A stretch of DNA of 64,000 nt from Alphaproteobacteria bacterium (GTDB taxonomy: Bacteria; Pseudomonadota; Alphaproteobacteria; CAAGCB01; CAG-977), in assembly GCA_045587165.1 (NCBI GenBank), contig JAZNBT010000020.1:20603-84602 (forward strand), in the 5' to 3' direction. The notes beneath the pieces were generated by a model that ran no database searches, was not told the DNA's origin, and was given only the letters and a program-made list of their open reading frames with translations. Positions 28,026 through 37,898 of this stretch are shown piece after piece. Position numbers and translations under genes: made by a program. How positions within the stretch are numbered: the first letter of the stretch is position 1; each line of letters begins with the position of its first letter.

Positions 28026-30065
28026 ATGAAACGGCTTTTATCTATTTTTTCTTTTTTTCTTTTTTTTGCCGCTTTTCATGGGCAGGCGCAAAGCTCTGTT
28101 CCGGCAGAATTGTTGGCTCAGCAAGAAATTGTCGCGCCGGGACAATCGTTTTATGTGGCATTAAAGCTGACCGTGCCGCGCGGCGGACATGTTTATTGGA
28201 AAAATCCGGGTGATGCCGGAGAAGCGATTGATCTAAAATTGACGATGCCGTCAGGTTTTAAAGAAGTCGGGCGGTTTTGGCCGACTCCGGAAAAATTTAC
28301 GGTAGGTACATTTACCGAATACGGTTATCGTTCTCAAGCATATTTATTGGTGAAAATTCAAGCTCCCGAAACGTTGCCTGTCGGGGAAGTTTTCGAAATA
28401 TCCGGTCAAGCCGTTTGGTTGGCTTGTCATAAAGAATGCATGCCTATGGCTCAGGACGTCGCTGTTTTAATCGTCGCCGGATTAAAAAACGGGGAAGAAA
28501 AAAATCAAGAAGTCGAACATGTGATTTCAGCTCTGCCGAATAAAGAGGAAAATGCCGTTTTCTTTGAAACGACGGATGCCTTAATTTTGTCGGTTCCGGC
28601 AAATGATCGGGCTCAAGATGCGTATTTTTTTTCGGCGGATCAAAAAGTGATAACGTATTCCTCACGGCAAAATATGAAAACGGTTGACGGTAAAATGTAT
28701 TTGTTTATGAAAAAAGCATCTGCCGACACTTTTAGATCTTCCGATGTTTTAAACGGAACGCTTGTTTTTTATAATGTTCGTGGCGAACAGATCGGCGCAA
28801 TGGATGTCGCGGCCGTAAAAACGGAAGAAAGTTTGCCGGTTTTTAAGGAACCTTTTTCAGTTTTTGATTTTATAACGGCGATGCTGTTCGCTTTTTCAGG
28901 CGGTGTTTTATTGAATTTGATGCCGTGCGTTTTTCCCGTTTTATCTTTAAAGGCGTTTCGGTTGTTAAATTCGGGGCAGGAGATTTCTTCTGCCGCCAGA
29001 CGACGGTCGGGGGCATATTATGCGGCAGGCGTATTGGTGTCTTTTATGGTCATCGGTTTGGTCTTAATTGCTTTGCGTGCGGCGGGTTCGCAAATGGGAT
29101 GGGGGTTTCAGCTGCAATATCCCCCGTTTGTGCTGGGCTTGTGCTTGTTTATTTTTTTCTTGGGTCTTGTTTTTTCCGATATCGTCAGTGTGGGTGAAAA
29201 GTTGTCGGCGGTTGGTTTGAATGTCGGCCGTAATTGGGGTGATTTCGGTACGGGCGTTTTGGCTGTCGTCGTCGCGACACCGTGCGCGGCGCCTTTTATG
29301 GGGACGGCTTTGGGGTACGGATTGATAAATCCGGCTCCCGTGACGATTTGCGTTTTTTTGGCGATGGGGGCGGGGTTGTCGTTTCCTTTTCTGTTGTTGG
29401 ATTTTTGTCCGGCATTGGGGCGTTTTTTACCCAAAGCGGGTGCTTGGACGGTATTGCTTCGGCAATTTTTAGCGTTTCCTTTATATGCCGCTTCCGCTTG
29501 GTTGCTATGGGTGCTGGCTGCGCAAGAAGGGTCTCAGGCATTGGCCGCGGGATTGGGATGTCTTGTCGCGATCGCTTTTTCCGGTTGGTTGTCGGGTATG
29601 GCATCACGGCAGGAAAATTTAAAAAAAGTTTCTTTTGCCGTAACTTTTACGACTTTGATTTTGATAGGAGTTTGTTTTCATTCCCTTTCCCCTGTCCGTT
29701 TAAATGATCAGGCTCAAACGGAAATAAAGTGGCGACCATATGACACGGCGGAAATTCAGGAATACAGAAAAGCGGGCGCGCCTGTTTTCCTGAAATTTTC
29801 GGCGAAATGGTGCTTGACGTGTTTGGTTAATGAAAAAACAGCATTTTCTTCGCGAAAACTGGCAGAAACGTTTCGTCAAAAAGGGATTGTTGCTTTTCTG
29901 GCAGATTGGACAAATCGAAGCGATGAAATTACGGCGGCACTGGAAAGTTTCGGTCGGGGCGGCATACCGTTATATGTTTATTACCCTCCTCATGCCAAAG
30001 AACCGATTATTCTGCCGCAGCTGATTACGGAAAAAGCGGTTCTTTCTTTGACGGACGATTTGTAG
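28026..30065 (+). CDS. dsbD: Thiol:disulfide interchange protein DsbD (alpha-beta-gamma architecture)
   Basis: Signal peptide. The periplasmic N-domain has Cys residues (LACHKECMP). The polytopic core has PC motifs (LMPCVFPV, ATPCAAPF). The C-terminal thioredoxin domain has WCLTC. Confidence 0.8.
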   Translation: MKRLLSIFSFFLFFAAFHGQAQSSVPAELLAQQEIVAPGQSFYVALKLTVPRGGHVYWKNPGDAGEAIDLKLTMPSGFKEVGRFWPTPEKFTVGTFTEYGYRSQAYLLVKIQAPETLPVGEVFEISGQAVWLACHKECMPMAQDVAVLIVAGLKNGEEKNQEVEHVISALPNKEENAVFFETTDALILSVPANDRAQDAYFFSADQKVITYSSRQNMKTVDGKMYLFMKKASADTFRSSDVLNGTLVFYNVRGEQIGAMDVAAVKTEESLPVFKEPFSVFDFITAMLFAFSGGVLLNLMPCVFPVLSLKAFRLLNSGQEISSAARRRSGAYYAAGVLVSFMVIGLVLIALRAAGSQMGWGFQLQYPPFVLGLCLFIFFLGLVFSDIVSVGEKLSAVGLNVGRNWGDFGTGVLAVVVATPCAAPFMGTALGYGLINPAPVTICVFLAMGAGLSFPFLLLDFCPALGRFLPKAGAWTVLLRQFLAFPLYAASAWLLWVLAAQEGSQALAAGLGCLVAIAFSGWLSGMASRQENLKKVSFAVTFTTLILIGVCFHSLSPVRLNDQAQTEIKWRPYDTAEIQEYRKAGAPVFLKFSAKWCLTCLVNEKTAFSSRKLAETFRQKGIVAFLADWTNRSDEITAALESFGRGGIPLYVYYPPHAKEPIILPQLITEKAVLSLTDDL

Positions 30066-31529
30066 TTATTTGGGCGCACGGCCTTTTGTCGCGACGATTT
30101 TGATTGTGTGCGTGAAAACATTTTTGTCCTTGACGTCGGCTTGCGGGACGAATTGAATAACGGCTGTTCCTTCTTTCCGAACGGAAAAACGTCGGCTTAA
30201 CCAACTTTCTTCACGGGCGGTTTGCGCCGACAGCGGAGTTAAAACAAAAGAGCCGTTGCTTGACAGAATACCTGCCGAATCACGGACATTCAGTTGATAG
30301 TCAGTGTTTTGTATATACATATGTCCGCCTTTGCGTGTTGTTTTTGTTTCATGCAAAGGAGTGTAAACCGTCAGCGTCAGTATATCTCCGACCATAACGG
30401 GAACGGCGCTGTTTTCATGGCTTAATGTCAAATGGATAAAACGGGGGTCCGACGGTCTGAAATACAAAGCGGCGATGGCCTGTTCTTCTTGAGGAACGGG
30501 AGCCGGCGGATTTTTTCCCGTCAGGGCCGGATTTTTTTTACCCGCAGTTTTAATATCGATCCAAGCGGGCATGAACGGGTAAAAGGTTTTGTATCTGTTA
30601 TCAAAGGCGTCTTTTTGAATAAATTGCATAAAAGACGTTTCTTCAATCATTTGTTTCGGCGGCAACGGCATTTCCTGCCGTATGTCGAACAAAGTCGTTT
30701 CTTGCGGATCCATTGCCGGTTTCAGCCAAAACGGTCTGAATTTTTCCAGATAAGCCTTTTGCAACGGAGACAGTTGTTTTTCCGATTCTGTTAAAAGCTG
30801 TTTGATCCGTGCGAATTTTTTCTTTTCTTTTTTCTGATCCGTTTTTTTTATGCTTAAATCGGCTAGCAGCCAAGCTTGAAGAAAATCATCCCGATCGGCG
30901 TAAAAACGCCCTAAATTATAACAAGCGTTGATGTTTTTTTTCAGAACGGCCTTTTTTAGAAGTTCTTCAGCTTTTTTTTCATCTTTTTTCACTCCGATTC
31001 CGAATCTGTAATACAAACCGAGCGTATTCATCGCTTTGGAATCTTCTTTGTCGGCCGCTTTTTGAAAATAAAAAGCCGCCGTTTTGAAATTTATGTCTGT
31101 TCCTTGTCCTTCCTGATGCAGCAAACCTAATCGAAAAGCTGCCGCCGTGTCGCCGCGTTCGGCATTCCCGCGTAAAGAATGAACATACATTGCACCGGAA
31201 AACCCGCGAATTTCTGCATGCAATCGATCAATCATCCCCAGATTGTCAAGTTGAGATAAGTCTCCTTTATAAAGACCGTTTAAGAAAGGCTGATAGGAAA
31301 TATTTTTTTTGTCTTCTTTTTTTTGCATCAAAGAGCAAATCCGGACGGCATAGGCCGCGGCCTGTTGCGTTTTTTCGTATTTTTTTAAAATGCGTAACGC
31401 TTCGTCGCAGTTGCCTGCGTTAAAAGCTTCTATGCCGACATCAAAAGAATCCCGCTCAATGGTTTGGGCGGCGGCGTCAATGTAGAAAAAAGGCAGGACG
31501 GCCAAAGAAAACAAAACCGATAATTTCAT
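30066..31529 (-). CDS. Secreted Sel1-repeat protein with a ~200-aa C-terminal domain of unknown function
   Basis: Signal peptide MKLSVLFSLAVLPFFYIDAAAQT and multiple Sel1 repeats (AAFRLGLLHQEGQG..., NTLGLYYRFGIGV...). The C-terminal region has no recognisable motif. Confidence 0.68.
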   Translation of the reverse strand: MKLSVLFSLAVLPFFYIDAAAQTIERDSFDVGIEAFNAGNCDEALRILKKYEKTQQAAAYAVRICSLMQKKEDKKNISYQPFLNGLYKGDLSQLDNLGMIDRLHAEIRGFSGAMYVHSLRGNAERGDTAAAFRLGLLHQEGQGTDINFKTAAFYFQKAADKEDSKAMNTLGLYYRFGIGVKKDEKKAEELLKKAVLKKNINACYNLGRFYADRDDFLQAWLLADLSIKKTDQKKEKKKFARIKQLLTESEKQLSPLQKAYLEKFRPFWLKPAMDPQETTLFDIRQEMPLPPKQMIEETSFMQFIQKDAFDNRYKTFYPFMPAWIDIKTAGKKNPALTGKNPPAPVPQEEQAIAALYFRPSDPRFIHLTLSHENSAVPVMVGDILTLTVYTPLHETKTTRKGGHMYIQNTDYQLNVRDSAGILSSNGSFVLTPLSAQTAREESWLSRRFSVRKEGTAVIQFVPQADVKDKNVFTHTIKIVATKGRAPK

Positions 31530-32248
31530 GGTTTCGCTTTTTCAATGAAATCCGGCGCCAGATTTTGAAAGATATTTTCAAATTTTTTTTGTTTTTGAAT
31601 GCTTTCCTGCCAATGTGCCGCCGTCCACTCGTCCGGTTTGATCGATCCCGCCCCGTTTTTATAAATAACGGTTAAGGCTATTTTGGCGTCGATATTCCCT
31701 AGCAATGCGGCTTGTTTATAAAATTTAACGGCTTTTTCTATGTCTTTTTCCACATTTTCACCGTTTTCATACCATCGCGCCAGCATGATTAAAGCTTCCG
31801 GATCGCCGTTTTTTGCGGCTTTTTCGGCGTATTCGATTCCCTTTTCGATATCTTGTACGACATTTTCCCCGTAAATGTATAACAATGCCAACGTCATTTG
31901 AGCCGGCGCATAATCCGCCTGCGCCGCTTTTTCATAATAATCCAAAGCTTTAGGAATATTTACGGGCATCCCTTTTCCCGCGAAATTCATCGCCCCCAAA
32001 GCAAAGGAGGCCTCAGGAATATTCATTACGTCCGCTTGTGCGAAATAAGTTGTCGCCTGTTGATAATCCTCCTGTTCATAAAAGATTAAAGCTTGTTCCA
32101 AAGGATTACGGGACAGATCGGCAGGCTGTCTGTTTAAAAACAAAATCAGTGTAATTAAAAGCGTCGCTCCGATAATTCCCAGAGCTTTATAAAGAGAAAT
32201 CCGTTCTTTTTTCTGCATGTTTATATTCCTTGTTTTGCGGACTTTCAT
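31526..32248 (-). CDS. Membrane-anchored Sel1-repeat protein
   Basis: N-terminal TM anchor (ALGIIGATLLITLILFL). Sel1 repeats (ALGAMNFAGKGMPVN..., LALLYIYGENVVQD..., LARWYENGENVEKD...). Confidence 0.68.
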   Translation of the reverse strand: MKVRKTRNINMQKKERISLYKALGIIGATLLITLILFLNRQPADLSRNPLEQALIFYEQEDYQQATTYFAQADVMNIPEASFALGAMNFAGKGMPVNIPKALDYYEKAAQADYAPAQMTLALLYIYGENVVQDIEKGIEYAEKAAKNGDPEALIMLARWYENGENVEKDIEKAVKFYKQAALLGNIDAKIALTVIYKNGAGSIKPDEWTAAHWQESIQKQKKFENIFQNLAPDFIEKAKP

Positions 32249-32352
32249 CTGTTTGCGCCAGTATAAACGGTTAAACGTTTTTTAAAAGTAAAAAGATTGA
32301 AAAAAACACTGTTTTCTGTTAATCCTGAACATTGTTTTATGAGGAGCGTTTC

Positions 32353-33744
32353 ATGTCTTTTCTTCATCGCGAACAAATACGGTCATTTCATTTTACCCGT
32401 TATTTTTTCAACGAAGAAACAAAAACGGCGCATTTGTATTATTCGTTTAACGATGAGGCCCTGTCATTTGAAGAAACAATATGTTTCCGTCAAGCGCCGA
32501 TGTTGAATGACGAAAAACGTCGCCGTGCTTTTGATGCATGTTTGCGTTTATTGCATTTGGCGGCGGGAATCAGTTATTACAAGTTGTTTGTTCCCGATGA
32601 AATCAAAATCGATTCAACCGAATTAACCAGAGAAGAGGCCGATTTTTTCAATTTGTTTTATACCGACGGATTGGGGGAATTTTCCTATAGGAACAATGTT
32701 TCTTTGAATATCCGTTTCCCTTTTTCTTTGACGGCCGTTCGAAAGCCGACGAATATTAATTTGAAAAAACAAATCGTTGTTCCCGTAGGCGGCGGCAAGG
32801 ATTCGATTGTTTCCATTGAAACTTTAAAATCCGCCGGATATTCTCCCGTGTTGTTTTCGGTGGGGCAACCTCGTCCGATTAAAGAAACGATTGAAATATC
32901 GGGGCTTCCTTCAATTTTGGTGACGCGCCGGATATCGCCCGATCTGATTGCATTGAACGAACAGGCCGCATTTTTCGGGGCTTTGAACGGTCATGTTCCC
33001 GTTACGGGCATTATCGCGTTTATTTTAATGGCCGCCGCCGTTTTGTATGATTTTTCAGATGTCGCTCTGTCAAATGAGCGTTCCGCCAATATCGGCAATA
33101 CGGAAAAAGACGGCAGGATCGTCAATCATCAATGGAGTAAATCGCTGGAATTTGAAAAAGCGTTCCATGATCTGACGGTTTCCGTGTTGCCGGATTTTCA
33201 TTATTTTTCCTTGCTGCGTCCTTTGTCTGAATTGGCAATAGCGTCTTTGTTCGCCAAAACACAAAAATACGACCGGATTTTCACCAGTTGCAACAAAGCG
33301 TTCAAACTGGACGAACGTAAACGTTTTGACCGTTGGTGCGCCGACTGCGATAAATGCCGCTTTGTTTTTTTGGCTTTGGCGCCTTTTATGGAAAGGGAAA
33401 ATCTGATACGTCTTTTCGGACATAATTTGTTGGACGATCTTTCTCAGACGGCGGGCTTTGAAGAATTGTTGGGACTTTCGGCGTTTAAACCGTTCGAATG
33501 TGTCGGTGAAATTGAAGAGTCGGTATTGGCTTTTCTGATGTTGGCCGATCACCCTGTCTGGCAAAAAGATGCCGTTATTAACGCTTTGACGGACAGAGTG
33601 CGCCGGAATTGGCAGGCTCGGCAAAAAAGTTTATTTGAAAAAATATTTACGTTGACGGATAATCATTTGATACCGCAGGAGTACGCAGATGTTATTGGAA
33701 TCTTTAAGAAACAGGCCGGTTACGGTGTGGGGAAACGGGATTGA
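32353..33744 (+). CDS. PP-loop (adenine-nucleotide alpha-hydrolase-like) protein with a C-terminal Cys cluster; candidate ATP-dependent MurL-like epimerase
   Basis: GGGKDS motif (VVPVGGGKDSIVS) resembling the SGGxDS PP-loop, and CADCDKC downstream. Its 3' end overlaps the start of the orphan MurD-like ligase by 56 nt. The listed start is 32332; an alternative M lies at 32353. Confidence 0.55.
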   Translation: MSFLHREQIRSFHFTRYFFNEETKTAHLYYSFNDEALSFEETICFRQAPMLNDEKRRRAFDACLRLLHLAAGISYYKLFVPDEIKIDSTELTREEADFFNLFYTDGLGEFSYRNNVSLNIRFPFSLTAVRKPTNINLKKQIVVPVGGGKDSIVSIETLKSAGYSPVLFSVGQPRPIKETIEISGLPSILVTRRISPDLIALNEQAAFFGALNGHVPVTGIIAFILMAAAVLYDFSDVALSNERSANIGNTEKDGRIVNHQWSKSLEFEKAFHDLTVSVLPDFHYFSLLRPLSELAIASLFAKTQKYDRIFTSCNKAFKLDERKRFDRWCADCDKCRFVFLALAPFMERENLIRLFGHNLLDDLSQTAGFEELLGLSAFKPFECVGEIEESVLAFLMLADHPVWQKDAVINALTDRVRRNWQARQKSLFEKIFTLTDNHLIPQEYADVIGIFKKQAGYGVGKRD

Positions 33745-34966
33745 GGGCCGCGCCGCATCCATTTTTTTAGAAAAACGCAACTGTACCGTAAACGTTGTGG
33801 AAGATCCGGAAACGATACCGTTTTCGGGGGTTATCGTCAAATCGCCCGGAATCAGCATGTATCGGCATGAAATTAAAATGGCGCAACAATACGGGGCGTA
33901 CTTTACTTCCGGAACCAATTTGTTTATGGAAGCCGCTTTTTTACAGCCCGAATATCGACCGCTTTTGATCGGCGTTACGGGAACAAAAGGAAAATCGACG
34001 ACGTCTTCTTTGATCGCGCATTTGTTGCGAGCCCAAGGAAACAGGGTTGCTTTATGCGGTAATATCGGCGATCCCGCAATCGCTTATGCGGATGACTTGG
34101 GAAATTATGATATTGTCGTTGTGGAAATGTCCAGTTATCAATGTGCCGATTTACAATATTCTTTCGATATTTCCGTTATATTAAACCTTTATCCCGAACA
34201 CATTGACTGGCATAAAACACACGAACTGTATTTTCGCGATAAATTGAATATTCTGAAACATCAAACGCCCGAACAGACGACGATATTGAACGCTCAGGAC
34301 GCTTTGACGGTTACGCATGTTAAAAATCCGAGGAATCCTGTTTATTTTGATGCGTTGAATACCGTTCATGATATGGGGGATTACTTCTATAAAGGGGGGA
34401 AAAAACTGTTTAGAACGGATGTCGTTCCTTTGCGCGGCGAACATAATCTGAAAAATGTCAGTGCGGCCTTGACGGTGGTTGATCAGGTCAGCGGATCTTT
34501 TGATGGTTGTGAGGAAGCTTTGAAAACGTTTGAAGCGTTGCCTCACAGATTGCAGACAGTCGCCTTTAAAAACGGAGTGACATATATTGATGACAGTATT
34601 TCGACAACACCGGAAACGGCTATAGCGGCTTTAAAGTCTTTCGGTTATTCCAATATTGTTTTAATCGCCGGCGGCTTTGACAGAGAACAGGATTATTCGG
34701 CTTTGGCTTCTTTTGTCGCCCATGGAGGCGCTTCGGCTGTCGTCACATTGCCGCAGACGGGACGTCGGTTGGCTGAAGCTATAGAAGAGGAAGGCGGTAA
34801 AGCCGTTACGGCAAAAAATATGAAAGACGCTGTTCAAAAGGCGTCTTCTTTAGCCCGTTTCGGTGATATTGTGTTGCTTTCGCCGGCCGCCCCCAGTTAT
34901 GGAGAATATAAGAACTTTCAGGAACGCGGCTTGGATTTTTTGAAGTGTGTTGACGAGTTGGAATAA
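33689..34966 (+). CDS. Orphan MurD-like Mur ligase (UDP-MurNAc-L-Ala:glutamate ligase family; candidate MurD2)
   Basis: N-terminal Rossmann-like domain (VTVWGNGIEGRAASIFL) and Mur-ligase P-loop GVTGTKGKSTT. Not embedded in a dcw cluster. Coupled to the PP-loop gene. Confidence 0.72.
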   Translation: MLLESLRNRPVTVWGNGIEGRAASIFLEKRNCTVNVVEDPETIPFSGVIVKSPGISMYRHEIKMAQQYGAYFTSGTNLFMEAAFLQPEYRPLLIGVTGTKGKSTTSSLIAHLLRAQGNRVALCGNIGDPAIAYADDLGNYDIVVVEMSSYQCADLQYSFDISVILNLYPEHIDWHKTHELYFRDKLNILKHQTPEQTTILNAQDALTVTHVKNPRNPVYFDALNTVHDMGDYFYKGGKKLFRTDVVPLRGEHNLKNVSAALTVVDQVSGSFDGCEEALKTFEALPHRLQTVAFKNGVTYIDDSISTTPETAIAALKSFGYSNIVLIAGGFDREQDYSALASFVAHGGASAVVTLPQTGRRLAEAIEEEGGKAVTAKNMKDAVQKASSLARFGDIVLLSPAAPSYGEYKNFQERGLDFLKCVDELE

Positions 34967-35554
34967 TCAGCGTCTGGATTTTAAAGCTGTTTGAATTGTT
35001 CCGTCGTCCAGATAGTCCAATTCGCCGCCGACGGGGATGCCCTGCGCCAGAGAAGAAATTTTAACGGGCAAGTCTCTGAAGCGTTCGGTAATGTAATGGC
35101 CGGTCGTTTGTCCGTCTACTGTGGCGGGCAGGGCAAGAATTAGTTCTGAAACTCCGGTTTGTCGCAGACGCCGTTCCAAAACGGGCAGGTGTAATTCGTC
35201 AGGTCCCGTCCCTTCGATGGCGGATAAAAGTCCGTTTAAAACATGATAACGTCCTTTAAATGCGGCGCTGCGTTCAATCGCCCATAAGTCTGCAATGTCT
35301 TGAACGATGCAAATGACATTTTCATCTCTTCGTTCGTCTCTGCAAATGCTGCAGGGGGATTGAGAATCCAAATTGCCGCAAATCGGGCAGACCTGTATGT
35401 GATCAATGACGTTCTGAAGTGCATTAACCAAAGGAATTAATTGTGTCTCCTTTTTTTTGATCAGATGCAGAATAACGCGTCTTGCCGATCGTCTGCCGAA
35501 ACCGGGCAATCGTGAAAAAAGACGGATCAGAATATCAATTTCCGTTTCCTGCAC
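34967..35554 (-). CDS. recR: Recombination protein RecR
   Basis: Zn finger CPICGNLDSQSPCSICRD and a Toprim domain. Classic dnaX-ybaB-recR order. Confidence 0.9.
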   Translation of the reverse strand: MQETEIDILIRLFSRLPGFGRRSARRVILHLIKKKETQLIPLVNALQNVIDHIQVCPICGNLDSQSPCSICRDERRDENVICIVQDIADLWAIERSAAFKGRYHVLNGLLSAIEGTGPDELHLPVLERRLRQTGVSELILALPATVDGQTTGHYITERFRDLPVKISSLAQGIPVGGELDYLDDGTIQTALKSRR

Positions 35555-35568
35555 AAACCGTTCTCCGG

Positions 35569-35877
35569 TCAGAAAGGCAGTTTCATTCCGGGAGGCAGAA
35601 TCCCGCTTAATCCTTGATTCATTTCGGAAACGACCTTTTGTTGCGCATCGTTAAACGCGGCGACCAACAAATCTTCCAGAACGGCGGCGTCTTCGGCAAC
35701 GATCAGCGACGGGTCGATTTTGACGCGGCGAACTTCGTTTTTTCCCGTCATGACGACTTCCACCAATCCGCCGCCGGCGGATCCGGTAATTTCCGTTTGT
35801 GCCAACTTTTCCTGTTCGGCCATTAATTTGGCTTGCATTTGTTGAGCTTGTTTCATTATTTCATTAAAGTCGGTCAT
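35569..35877 (-). CDS. ybaB: Nucleoid-associated protein YbaB/EbfC
   Basis: 102 aa with the conserved MMKQAQQMQ start and size typical of the family. Located between dnaX and recR. Confidence 0.85.
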   Translation of the reverse strand: MTDFNEIMKQAQQMQAKLMAEQEKLAQTEITGSAGGGLVEVVMTGKNEVRRVKIDPSLIVAEDAAVLEDLLVAAFNDAQQKVVSEMNQGLSGILPPGMKLPF

Positions 35878-37607
35878 TCGTCGTATCCTTCATTTGATTG
35901 TGCGGCATGTTCCAAAAAACGATCGGTTTCATAACTGTATTCTTCTGATTCGTTTTCTTCTTTTTGCGGACGGATCATATCTATTCGAGGGCCGGGAAAA
36001 GCCTTCAAAACAGCAGTTACAAGAGGGTGCTGCGGCATTGTTTTTTTTAGATTTTCAGCGTTTGTGCGAGCTTGCTGGATCAAGGTTTGTCCGCCTTGGC
36101 GGCTGACAACGGTGACAATCCATTGTTTCCCCGTCCATTCACGCAGTTTTTCAACCATTTCGCCGGCCAGATTGTTCGGAGCCTTGTCCATGGGGAAAAA
36201 TTCAATTTTTCCTTGTTCAAAAGAAACAAGACTGACATACGTTTCAACATTATAGGCAAACATCATTTCGTTTTGCTTATAAGCATAAGCGACAATATCC
36301 GCCAAAGAATGAAACATAACCGTTTCCTTCGGCTGAGGGCGGATTACGGGGGCGGTGTTTCCTGAAATGCGTATGCCGCTCCATCCGCTTTGAGCGGATT
36401 CTGCCGGAACAGAAGCCGATATGGACGGCGATTTCATCGGTGCGGACATATGGCCGGTTAACTCTTTGATCATATCGCCGGGGGTCGGCAGTTCCGCTGC
36501 ATACGCCAGACGGATCAACGTCATTTCGGCGGCTTTTTTTTCAGACGGAGCTTTTAACGTCTCGTCAACGCCCTTTAATAACATCTGCCATGTTCTGGTT
36601 AAAACGGACATGGACAATTGTTGCGCCATTTCCGAACAACGCTGCCTTTCCGTCGTTGCCATTGATCCGTCATCCGCCAGTTCCGGTGCAATTTTTACTC
36701 TGGTCAGCCAATGCGTCAATTCCAACAAATCCTGTAAAACGATAACGGGATCCGCACCGGCCGCATACTGCCGTTCAAAAGAATCCAAAGCCTCTTTGAT
36801 CGCCCCTGTCATGATCTGTTCGTACAGATCGACAATGGCTGCCCGATCGGCCAATCCGATCATCGCACGAACAAATTCCGCCGTTACGTTTCCGCCGCCG
36901 TGGGCAATCGCCTGATCCAACAAGGACAGTCCGTCGCGTACCGATCCGTCCGCGGCGCGCGCGATCAGCTTTAAGGCTTCTTCTTCGGCGGTGACGTTTT
37001 CTTTTTCGACAATATTTTTAAAATGCGCGGTCAATAATTCCGGTTCGACACGGCGCAGATCGAAACGCTGACAGCGCGACAAAACCGTTGTCGGCACTTT
37101 ACGGATTTCCGTCGTGGCAAAAATAAACTTGACACGTTCGGGCGGTTCTTCCAACGTTTTTAACAAAGCATTGAACGCCGCGGTCGATAACATATGAACT
37201 TCGTCAATAATATAAATTTTAAATCTGGCCGAAGTCGGATTATAACGTGTTGTTTCTATGATTTCCCGCACGTTTGCGACGCCCGTATTGCTGGCGGCAT
37301 CGATTTCAACGACGTCGACGTGGCGGTCTTCCGCAATGGCGCGGCAATGTTCGCATACGCCGCACGGTTGCGTTGTCATATTCCCTTTTCCGTCCGGTCC
37401 GATGCAGTTTAAGGCACGTGCGATAATGCGGGCGGATGTTGTTTTACCGATGCCGCGAATGCCGGTTAAAATATAAGCTTGAGCGATTCTGTTGGTTTCG
37501 ATGGCGTTTTTTAAAGTTCGCACCAAAGCTTCCTGTCCGACCAGATCGGCGAAAGTCGTCGGACGATATTTGCGGGCTAAAACGCGGTATTCTGCTTTAT
37601 CTGTCAT
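35874..37607 (-). CDS. dnaX: DNA polymerase III subunits gamma/tau
   Basis: Walker A GIRGIGKTTSARIIARAL, Zn motif CGVCEHC and a DEVH-type box (IDEVHML). Confidence 0.9.
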   Translation of the reverse strand: MTDKAEYRVLARKYRPTTFADLVGQEALVRTLKNAIETNRIAQAYILTGIRGIGKTTSARIIARALNCIGPDGKGNMTTQPCGVCEHCRAIAEDRHVDVVEIDAASNTGVANVREIIETTRYNPTSARFKIYIIDEVHMLSTAAFNALLKTLEEPPERVKFIFATTEIRKVPTTVLSRCQRFDLRRVEPELLTAHFKNIVEKENVTAEEEALKLIARAADGSVRDGLSLLDQAIAHGGGNVTAEFVRAMIGLADRAAIVDLYEQIMTGAIKEALDSFERQYAAGADPVIVLQDLLELTHWLTRVKIAPELADDGSMATTERQRCSEMAQQLSMSVLTRTWQMLLKGVDETLKAPSEKKAAEMTLIRLAYAAELPTPGDMIKELTGHMSAPMKSPSISASVPAESAQSGWSGIRISGNTAPVIRPQPKETVMFHSLADIVAYAYKQNEMMFAYNVETYVSLVSFEQGKIEFFPMDKAPNNLAGEMVEKLREWTGKQWIVTVVSRQGGQTLIQQARTNAENLKKTMPQHPLVTAVLKAFPGPRIDMIRPQKEENESEEYSYETDRFLEHAAQSNEGYDE

Positions 37608-37624
37608 GATTTTACGGGTGGCAT

Positions 37625-37725
37625 AAGATTTAAGCGGAAACCGGACAGCGACCCGTTTTAAAACCGTTACGGCTGCTTTCTTCCGAATCTGACCGGGTTG
37701 GCGGCCAAAACGTCCGCGGCCGATT
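37625..37725 (-). ncRNA. ffs: Signal recognition particle RNA (4.5S, ffs)
   Basis: The minus strand reads ...CCGGUCAGAUUCGGAAGAAAGCAGCCGUAACGG..., matching the conserved SRP domain IV (E. coli ...CAGGUCAGGUCCGGAAGGAAGCAGCCAAGGCAG...). Flanking complementary arms are present, and the position upstream of dnaX is conserved. Ends are approximate. Confidence 0.65.
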
Positions 37726-37898
37726 TCCTTTTCCTATTTAGGGATATTTTTGTTTTAAGTGCAAGCAGAACTTTTTTTATTTTTCAAACAGACGGTCAAA
37801 CCCCTTATTTAGAGCCGTTTTTCGATCAAAGCTTGACAAAGGGAGGTTTTCCGTTTTTTCTGTACCTTGCTTTTGTTTGTTCCAAGGAGTGTTCTTTT

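Noticed and set aside
37698-37898. Long N-terminal extensions in listed ORFs (fabD from 37698, CorC from 44817, endolysin from 26067, porin from 46821, dsbA to 17415, rimO to 58137, scaffold from 21333)
   Set aside because: Internal ATGs with good RBS, signal peptides or overlap-coupling give family-typical lengths. The upstream extensions run through intergenic or AT-rich promoter sequence or overlap neighbouring genes.
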